Source: Callorhinchus milii
Taxonomy: Eukaryota
Length of the DNA stretch: 64,000 nt
Direction: 5' to 3'
Assembly (NCBI RefSeq): GCF_018977255.1
Contig: NW_024704743.1
Span: 44,456,001-44,520,000, forward strand
The notes below the pieces were generated by a model, which ran no database searches, was not told the DNA's origin, and saw only the letters and a program-made list of their open reading frames with translations. Position numbers and translations under genes: made by a program. Shown here in pieces: positions 54,531-64,000 of the stretch (the first letter of the stretch is position 1; the number at the start of each line of letters is the position of its first letter).

Positions 54531-55950
54531 TTTTTAATGAGCAAAAGTTGAAAGTCATATTAACAATAGCTCTTACTAAGTAACAGCCTGTCTTGCCGTG
54601 TATGCGTGAGTGCGTGCGTTCTTTTTGTCAGCCGGGTGTTTGACACATACGGAAACCCATCACCATGCTTAAGAGTATCCAAACCAAACTGAGGTTTCCA
54701 TGCATCCCACCTACACATGGAAATCCCAGAGATAGATTGTTGGAATGGAATGCGCACTCTCTCCCTGGAGGGACATATCCTGCTTTGCTAATTCAGGACA
54801 GTATTAGGCGCAGGTTGGCAAGAGCCAAGGTTTAGCGACCCCAGAGTCTGCCTTGGGGATCTGGTGGAGTCTAACCAGCTAAAAATGCATAACTTGCCAT
54901 TGGTATTGCTGTCTGGCAAGTTTTCTTGCAGCTTGTCCAGCTAGGACCACCCAAACCCTAAGAACTTTGGCTTGCAGGGTTAACAGTAGCTGAGTGGGAT
55001 GATTCCCTGACCCCAGTGACTGGTCTGCCCTTCGAGGTCCTGCTGGTGAGCCAGGCTGGCTGAGCTGTCATCAGCAATACCCTGGAATACTATAGAGCCA
55101 CCTAGCTCAAGAATCGGACTGGAGACTGCCACAGAGAGCTGGCTTGATTCCGACAATCTGACGTTGTCAAACATGTCACCTTGGAACCAGTTTAGCTCCA
55201 ATGAGACCCCACTTGCACGTGAGTGAGAAAGAGAAGAGGGGTAACTTTAATCCAAATCAACAACTGACACAAATGCCTCCATGTAACGTGTGATTAACTG
55301 GACACAGGCCGGATCGAAATGCAGTAAGATACTCAGCTTCTCGGATTTCCATAGTTCTACAAGTAAAAGATCCTGGAGGCTTCAGGGATTAAAATATGTT
55401 TTTCATGCAATTAAAGATCATTGATCCACATATTCCAAAACTGATTTAAATAGTTATTGGATTTTGATTTAAATATTTCTCTGAGAATTGACATACGTGT
55501 GTACCTGCAGTTAATGCACCTGTATGTTAATATCTGAAGAGGATAGCTGTCCAGGGAATCAAACTCCCAGCAGTACTCTATTCACTGTAAACCCTTTGCT
55601 ACCTCTTTGTAAATGCATGTCCGTGCTGAAATGCCAATTGTACATTGTATTGTATTTTTAATTCTTACTTTCATATGGTAATTCAGTTTTTTTAAGCAAT
55701 TGTTGAACCCAACCTCCTGTCTGAAAACTTGGTCTCGTTGATAGTTTTCCTGTAAAGTTATCTGAATTGTTCGTCTCCCATTCAGTTTGAGCTTTCATAG
55801 GTAAATAATAATCTTTGCATTTAATATAGCACTCAATCACACCATTAAGTCATCTTAAAACGTTTCACAGAATTTACTGGAGAGTATTAGTGACTATTTT
55901 TGTAGGTGATGTAGTAATTTGTACAAGAATTACAAATAGCATTGTGCAAT

Positions 55951-56253
55951 TCTGTAGCTTAGTTAGACCTATTCCCGGTTTGATTCCCGAGCAGGACGAA
56001 ACATTGGGCAAGTTTCCTTACTCCACATGCCTGTATTTACCTAGCAGTAAGTAGGAACCCGGTTGTAATCGATTGACAGATTACTTTTCCGGGGGTAATA
56101 ATCCCTTCAAAAATAATGATAATAATAATTTGATCACTAAATCCATGACTGTGGGACACTGCTGTACGCAATTGGTGCCGCGTTTTGCCCACAGTCAATT
56201 CACGTTACAGGATATTCTATAAGGTGCTATATCAAATGCAAGGATTATTATTA
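55951..56253 (+). mobile_element. tRNA-derived SINE of the 1724/21633 family, with deletions
   Basis: ttgggcaagtttccttactccacatgcctgtatttacctagcagtaagtagg ... tcaaatgcaaggattattatt. Confidence 0.85.
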
Positions 56254-56785
56254 AATATGCCCCTCCTTTATATACATGTACATAATAAAGTAGGTGCAAG
56301 ACTATTCATATAATACAATATGTAGCATTTGACCCTTTACATTTTAAATAGAGTACCATGGAAATGAGAAAAATAACTTCATAATATAATGCCTGCCACA
56401 TAAAAATAAACATCACAAGACATTTTACCAATTATAATTCATTAGAAATGAAGGGAGTTGTATATAAGGTAAATGCCTTCAAATGTGCAGCAGCAACATC
56501 CCATCCAGAACAATGTGATGAGCAACCAATTAATTTGAATTTGGGGGTAAATTTGGAATAAGAGGGGAATATAAGAATATAAATTGAGGATAATAATAAT
56601 CCCTACTTTTGGTACAGTGCCTTTCATGTCAGGAGGATATCCCAAAGTGCTTCACAGGATATACTGTAAGGAGGAGTGACTGTCCAGCGCCTCGTGACGT
56701 CCTCCTGTCGTGAAAGGTACCATACAAATGTAATTTGTTGTTGTTTTTGTGGTGAACAGGATCAGGAAGACTAAAACAGTATTCA

Positions 56786-57865
56786 AGCTTATACCATTTT
56801 ATATATTAACATTTAAGGCTATCTACTGTTTTTAAGTGTGATAGAACAATACGACAGCCACATTCACACTAGTACTCTTGTATTCTTGATATACCTAACT
56901 GTATAACTGCATATATCAGGATGCCAGAACCATTGGAGTAACCTGACTATCCTCCCTCCCCATATGTTCAGTGTCTCAGAGTGAAATGTCATCCACATTT
57001 CTAAATGAATCCTAAGTGGCTCTTGAGTGCTGTTTTGTCTGCCTGAAGGTATTTGGAACAAGGGAAGTCTGTCTCCAGCATAGCTGGTCAGTCCAGAAAA
57101 ACCATGTCTGATCGTAGGGAAGTGTTTTTTTTGTGTTTGTTTTCAGTTCAGATTTTTGTTTCACAGACAATGATACAAGAGGTCAGACATTTTGTTGATA
57201 GATAATGTTTTCCCTCTGGATCGCCCAAGTTTTCTGTTGATGTTATCACAGTTGGAATTGCAAATCCTGCCCCATTACTTGATAGACTTTCTCCTACAGA
57301 AATTAGTATCTGGCATATCAGATCTTTGAATGTTTAAATGTTTTTGTGGTGCAATAATGTTTGTGGCAATAACCCTTATTTTGAGCCATGAGATTTTTTT
57401 TGCTATCAAAACATGTCAAGATCTAACACCTGTTCCCAAATACTGCAACTACAGTATAAAGACTGCCTGGCAAAGATCATTGTCTGAAAAGAGATTTGTA
57501 CAATTGAAACCCGATACCAACCCACTGTAATTTGAGACATATTAACCCTTTAAGTACTGCATCCCTTTTATAACTTTTAACATGCTCAAAAATTGTTGGG
57601 CAACAACAACAATATAGCACCCTTCACCCTCGGAGAGCTTAACAGTGGCGGAGCTTATACCATTTTATACATTAACATTTAAGGCTATCTACTGTTTTTA
57701 AGTGTGATAGAACAATACGACAGCCACATTCACACGAGTACTCTTGCATTCTTGATATACCTAACTGTATAACTGCATATATCAGGATGCCAGAACCATT
57801 GGAGTAACCTGACTATCCTCCCTCCCCATATGTTCAGTGTCTCAGAGTGAAATGTCATCCACATT
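56786..57865 (+). repeat. Local direct duplication of 214 bp: 56786-56999 and 57652-57865
   Basis: Manual alignment gives no gaps, 3 mismatches and an offset of 866 bp. Confidence 0.97.
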
Positions 57866-58365
57866 GGGGGAGGGAGGATGTGACCGTAAGCAAGATCAAA
57901 AAGGAAGGTCTTCAGTCGTGATCTGAAAAGGGGAAGGAGGGGGAAATGCAGAGGGATTGAGGGGGAGAGTTCCAAAGTTTCGGTGCATATTGGCTGAAAG
58001 CATGGCCCCCAATGATGGAGCGGAGGAGACGGGCAATCAGGAGGCTGTTGCCAATTGAGCAGAGGTGGCAGGTGGTGGAGTGGGGCATGAGCAGGTCGGA
58101 GAGGTAGGGAAGTGCCAGGTCGTGAAGCGATTTGTAGATGAGTGTGAGAATCTTGAAGTCGATCCGTTCTGTGTTAGGGAGCCAGTGAGTGAACCTGGTG
58201 AGGACTGGTGTGATGGAGGTCGGGAGTTTAGAGCAGGTGAGAGTACGGGCAGCAGAGTTCTGAATTAGTTGGATTTTGTGCACAGTGGAGCTGGAGAGAC
58301 CGGCGAGGAGGACCTTGGAATAGTGGAAACGGGTGGTGATAAAATGTGCACGAGGGTTTCAGTTG
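57600..58365 (-). mobile_element. L2 LINE 3' fragment (type B) interrupted by the 214-bp duplicate
   Basis: Minus-strand IQLIQNSAARTL...HWLPNTERIDFKILTLIYKSLH...APKLWNS; (CAA)n tail at 57601. Confidence 0.92.
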
Positions 58366-59139
58366 ATTGGGTGCAACACTTAAAAATGTTATTTAAATTT
58401 CGCTTCTGTAAATTATAAATGATCCACAAAATGGGCTGCTTCAATTAAGTCTCTCTCTCTGTCCCTGCCCATTGTGTTGTTAGTAAGTTCTCTGACTAAT
58501 AAGGGTGGGCGATCTTTCTCCCAAACGTTTGCCCTCTCTTAAGATGGTTGCTGAATATACATAAGTGGCCAGGATCATTAGCCATCAATCAAATAATGTA
58601 TTCACTTGTTTATCCTCTGCTCTCTTTGCCCCTCTCTCCACACCCACACACACACACTCAACCCACCTCCCTTTAAGCTATGAACTGTGCTCTGTCTAAA
58701 CCCTAAAGAGTATCCAGCTGTGAACTTACAGTTCACATATGAGCAATCGTAAAGTACAGGCATATCATACCACTAATACTCAAATCTTTGAAAATAAATG
58801 ATTTGTGTCTAGGATAACTACTCAGTGTTCCCGCACCAAGCACTCCCCACTCTGCTGGGTAGTTTCTCACTATGATTGACTAGCTGCCAATGGAAGTTGA
58901 CATGATATGAGGCGTGACCCCACCCTGGAGCAGCCAGAAATTGAGTGTGGCAGCACGCCATGATATTGCTTTTGGTTTAGAAAGACTTGCTGTCTACTTC
59001 GCTGCCTGTTTCTTGGATGACGGTGCACTCAAATGAAGCATGCCTTCAGGGAATACAGTAAATTGGTATCTCCATGTCTTGGGTTCTGACTTCAGAACCT
59101 TTTTTTTAAAAAAATACAATTGTGCTTTACAATAGGCAC

Positions 59140-59445
59140 AACAATCGGCTTCCTATAGCACCCCTCACTTAGGTTAATATCTCTTCAGGATTTTCTGATG
59201 GCCTGATAGGTTGCTGAGCAAAGCAGGAGGGGAGGTGACCGTAAACGCAGGTCAAAGAGGTAGGTTTTCAGGTGGGATTAAAAGGCAGAGAGTGGCTGAG
59301 GCAAAGGGTTAGAGTTGGGGAGTTCCAGAGGCTAGGGCGTAGTGACTGAAGGCACGGCCTCTGATGACGGTGCGGAGGAGGCGGGGAATGCCCAGAGGAG
59401 AAGATCAGGGCAATGAGGTGTTAGGCTGTGAAGGGATTTGTAGGC
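59140..59445 (-). mobile_element. Degraded L2 3' fragment; others at about 30915-31210 (+), 62460-62726 (+) and 63350-63550 (-)
   Basis: ggtcaaagaggtaggttttcagg ... gagttccagag ... ctgaaggcacggcc, as in other minus-strand L2 copies. Confidence 0.7.
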
Positions 59446-62400
59446 TTTAACACTAAACCGTCTAAATTATACCCCAAAAAATGAATGGTGAGGGTCTTCT
59501 GTGGGTACGTAGCCTTTAATTAGTATTTATTATACATATCAATTGACTGATGTCCAAAATTCAACATGTGTTGCTCCACCACGAACCAATGGTATTCAAC
59601 ACCTCTTAAGTTTCATTGGTGAACTCTTGGCGTTTTAAGGGAAATTTTAATCTTTGTTTTGCAAAATCTGTATCTGGTAATTTGAACTGTTCAGCTGGCA
59701 GTTTTCATGTGCAGCTGTCTCGTCTGATCTGATCTGTTTTGGGAACTAAACCTGTTTAAATCCTATCGCAAACCTATAAATGTGGCCTTGCATACAGGCG
59801 GGTTTAGTCCTAAACTGTCAAAGCAGTTCTTATTGGGGTGATTGTGGTTCTTTCTGTCATGTGAGTGTTAGCCACAAGTTACACTAAGCGTTTGAGCAAG
59901 CATGGCTTTAAAGAGTAGAGCAATAGTTTGTGTAGAATCAAATGCAGCATGGGTGATAAATGTAGTAAATTTCTTGATTAACTCTTTCCAAGTGCTTTAC
60001 AATGGTAATTTAAGGTGACATAATGTTCCCCATCGCATAGAGAACATTTGGGATGGGGTAGGTGTAACAATCTAATAATGAGCAAGTGGTCTCGTGCTCG
60101 GGGTATTTAAAAACACAAACACTACAAAGAGCAATTTGCACTTTTCATGTTATAGCCACAAAAGTATTTTCCTATGAATTGAAGTCGAACTAGATTAATG
60201 TATTAAACCCTTCAATCCCTTTAAACACTTGATAAATGTATTATTTACGGTATCGTAAATATGTGTAAATAATACCGGGGTCCTCAAGGTTCTGTACCTG
60301 AATTGTAAAATACTAATATTCTTGGAGTGGTATTTCTAATCCTTTCACAACCGTACAATAAGTGGAATAATGCTGCTTCCCTCAAAGGTATTACTCAAAA
60401 ACATACAATGCAGTACAGTAGTACATCTAGCTAGAGATTCCTACAAAATAAAGTGTTGGTTAATTTAATTTGTTGAGATACAGTATTAAAAATTAGCTCC
60501 AGTTTTTAATAAAAGTTTCAAGGTTTTGTTTTAATCTATTTTGCTGCTTTCACTACTGCCCCAATGCAATTCAACTTTGAAAAGTGGACCAAATGTATAC
60601 AGATTGCTCGTGCAGATGGAACTATAAGCAGCAGCTGTTTTGGAGAAAAAGAAGTGCAACTGTAAACAGAGGAGCAAGACCTGGGAGGAATCGAATGTCT
60701 AGCGTTTAAATTGTGGCGATCTGCAATTTCAAATGTCACCTAATTTTAATTATCAGTATCTAATTTGTCTGATTCCACAAACTTGACCTTGTCCACCAGC
60801 TTGACGCTGTGGTTTGCACTTTTTCTTTCTCAGAGTTTTCGTTAGACATTGTGTATTTCTTTCCCCTTTAAAATCCACACAGATCCTTTAAAATTATTGA
60901 TGTCTTTCCTAGATGCTTACTTGCTCACTAAAACTGCTAGCTTTCTGTTTTCTGCTAAATTTACTGATCCAGCTCAGTCATCACTACCATGAATTTCTTA
61001 ACAAGAACTGACAAACATCCTCATAGCATTTGACGTGGGAGGGCATGATCCTGTATTCAGAACACATTGCTTCCTTTTTTCAATAATCTTTACATCTGTA
61101 ACTGTTTTGTTGCTCTCGGAATATGTTTTTTTCTATTCATGATACTCAACTAGAAACATATTTATAGTAGGAGTCTGTTGTTTAACTGTGCTCCACAATA
61201 TATACATTACATTGTGCAACAAAATGTTTTCTGAAGTGTTGCACCTTCTGAGTTATCCCAAGATCAATTGGAAGCCTGATGAGGCCTAAACTCTCTGTGA
61301 GCAACTTTTCTGGCACAACATTATTTTCATTTCCACCCTATGGTCATTCACTTTAAGGATGGCCATCGCTTTCCCATGTAACTACAGTGTCATTGGTTTT
61401 ATTTGGAATAAAATCTTTTTAAAAAACTATTCCCATTTTGCAAAAAGACTTGACTGCCCTCTGCAGGAGCCTGAAATTAAGACACGTTCTCCAAAATTCA
61501 GACAAGTTAGGCAGAACCAGTTCCCCTGAAGTGAAAATAACACTAAAAAAAGACACATGGAGGAGGAAGTAAGATCTATACATTGCAATTACAATAATTC
61601 TCCGAACATTAAGTACAAATGGGAGCGAGCGCCAAGTTTTTCTTTGCAATTGAAATGTTTGATTTTCAAGGCACCCATGAGTTAAGAGGATGAGTTAAAA
61701 ATGAGTAAAGAGGATGGCCATTACCTCTTAACTCATTTTTGATTCTGAAGTGAAGTACTTCAAGTGAAATAAAAAATATTGAAATCCCTCCCCCCAAAAA
61801 AGAGAAATTGGATTGCTTTACTTGGGAAATTCTAGATGCGTCGATTAAGTAGAGATTGCATATTTTACAACTGAACCAAGTGAACAGAATTATTAGGGCT
61901 AACAGGGCTGAGGTGGCTTATCTGAGAAGATCTCATGTCTGTGTTTAACTGGTGGGGTGGTGGGGGCTAAACTGCCTTGCTCTTTTTTGTAGGGAACACG
62001 CAAACAATTGATGAAAGCGATCGGCTGTTTGTGGGAGCCCTTGCTTACTTTTGCGCAGTACATCTTTCAACCCCGGATTCCTGTATTGCTTTTGCTGCTG
62101 GGTAAAACTATGGAGTGGAAGTGCTGCCAGTTCAAACATAATACCCGTTTCCCTTCTTTCCTGTAGTCCACTGCTTCAACACTCAACCACTAAACAATAA
62201 TCCTCCATTTGATGTCCAAAGCCAATTCATCAGAAGCAAATAACTTCTTGCTTCAAGGATAACTTGGTAACTCAAGTTTCTTGCTTCCAGAAGTGATTCA
62301 AATATCATTCTGCCATTCGTAATTCACCCAACTTGGACATTTTTCATTGAGATATAAGATGGCACTTCCAAACCTGCAATTTTGTGTTTCCATCCACCCA

Positions 62401-63569
62401 TTCCCCCCGCCCTCCGCCCACCCCACTAATCCAGTCCATGTGTGGCATATTGTCTTGTCCAAGATCCTCACACTCATCTACAAATCCCTTCACACCCTGG
62501 CATCTCCCTACCTCTCCAACCTGTTTACTCCACACTCCACCCCTCGTCGCTTCCACTCGACTGGCTTCAACCTCCTGCTTTGTCCCTCGTCCCCTCCGCT
62601 CCACCATTGGTGGACATGCTTTTAGCCACTACACCTAAAGCTTTGGAACTCTGTTCCTCAATCTCTCTGCCTTGCCCCTGCGTTCCCGATTTTCAGATCA
62701 GGCTCCACCGCAGTTAAGTTGTTGTTGAAATATTGAGGTCTAATGAGTTTTAACAGTGGTGTGTTCAGAGCTGTGTTTTTAAAATTATGCCATTGAATTT
62801 TCTAATGACCAATTTTATAATTTTTCTTTTTAAAAAACCGCAATCCCCAACAATTGTTGGATTAACACTGACAGCTGAGTAAATGTAATCATAATGTGAA
62901 CAGCCTGGTCCGATCGGCCGTGTCGCTGAAGTTCATCCCACTGGAGACAGCAGCTGGAATGTAAACTGAGGCCTGGTGAATGAATGAGGCAATTCAAAAG
63001 CCATGCCACAATCGCTATACTGTTATTAGAATGCTTCTCAACAGCACTGTGTTGCTAAAGGTAGAGAACTCCTTTCAAAAACAAAAGATTAATTGATAAC
63101 ATTTCTATTTGCGTGAGGTATATTGTTAACCAGTTTTCAAGCTCCATCTGCAGAATGCAATTAGGTTGGGCTGGACATTGCATCTACAGTGTTTTTAAAG
63201 GGTAGCTTAGACAAAAGACTCAGAAATAAATGTTTTGTCAGTGACACTTTTGCAAATGTCGTTTTGAAAATTGTTCTGCTGCGGCTGGATTCTGACGAAC
63301 ATAATTTGATCTGCATGCTCCTGAAAAATAACTAGAAAAGAGAGTCCTAAAATAATACCTTACATTTATACAACACCCTTCACATAGAACACCATCTCAG
63401 AGAGCTGTACCGTGGCGGGGATGGATGTTGAGCAGAAGGGAGGGGGGATGTGGGAGTTGACCATAGGCATGGTCTAGAAGATAGGCTATGACGGGAATTG
63501 AAGACAGATGGGAAGGGGGAGGGGGGTTGTTGGGTCCAGAGATTCAACAGCAAGTTTAAGAGGGAGTCT

Positions 63570-63811
63570 GGTGTGCAATTGATTATAGCTGCTATACTCT
63601 AATGTCACTAGATCTTGATCTTGTTTCGAACACATCTATTAGATGCTCTCTCAACATTTTCTGTTCCAGTGATTAAGCCCCAGTTGTTCAAGTCTATCCT
63701 CATAACTATAATCCCTCATCTTTGGTATCCTCAAGAGCTGAAACTTAGACCTCGTCTATGGCACTGATGGTCTTTCTATAGATTGGGAGGCCATAACTTA
63801 CTCAGTACTCG
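63570..63811 (-). mobile_element. Degraded CR1 ORF2 fragment
   Basis: ctgttccagtgattaagccccagttgttcaagtctatcctcataact reads on the minus strand like CR1 SYE.RL..LGL.SLE. Confidence 0.6.
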
Positions 63812-64000
63812 TATTACGGAAACTCCCTCCTCATCGGCCTTCCCAACTCTTCCCTTCACAAGCTGCAGATCATCCAAAACTCTGCAGCTCGTGTACTCTC
63901 ACACATCAGGCTCCGTGACCCCATCACTCCCACCCTCGCCCGACTCCACTGGCTTCCCATCCCTCAGACGATCGAATTCAAGATCCTGGTCCCCACTTTC
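63812..64000 (+). mobile_element. L2 LINE fragment running off the window end
   Basis: Near-identical to about 48438-48613 (ttacggaaactccctcctcatcggccttcccaac ... gaattcaagatcct). Confidence 0.92.

Noticed and set aside
54980..55201. 73-aa minus-strand ORF as a possible neighbouring gene
   Set aside because: No recognisable domain or convincing splice sites; not NKIRAS-like.
61270..61300. CTGATGAGGCC as another hammerhead core
   Set aside because: No helix II partner or GAAA follows. Other CTGATGA hits checked also lacked the fold.

Overview
Vertebrate nuclear DNA; the repeat content points to a cartilaginous fish, possibly a chimaera such as the elephant shark (inference, not verified). 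The only convincing host gene is on the + strand: the last three coding exons (42425-42557, 50275-50422, 53243-53340) of a UBE2E-family ubiquitin-conjugating enzyme, followed by its 3' UTR. No upstream exon was found, so 1-42424 is probably one long intron. The rest is dominated by decayed mobile elements: about 20 L2 LINE fragments, CR1 fragments, tRNA-Ala-headed SINEs with L2-type tails, Deu-type SINEs, several LF-SINE-like copies, Tigger-like MITEs and a Penelope-like remnant. Almost all ORFs in the supplied track are repeat fragments or noise. I found no new multi-gene system. The best observations are small structural ones: (1) an L2 apparently inserted into the splice-donor hexamer and duplicating it; (2) two L2s with outward-pointing tails between a single 5-bp duplication inside an LF-SINE-like element; (3) a degenerate minimal hammerhead ribozyme; (4) a 214-bp local templated insertion; (5) a UBE2E protein not matching any one human paralogue. 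Repeat family names come from recalled consensus motifs, and repeat boundaries are approximate.
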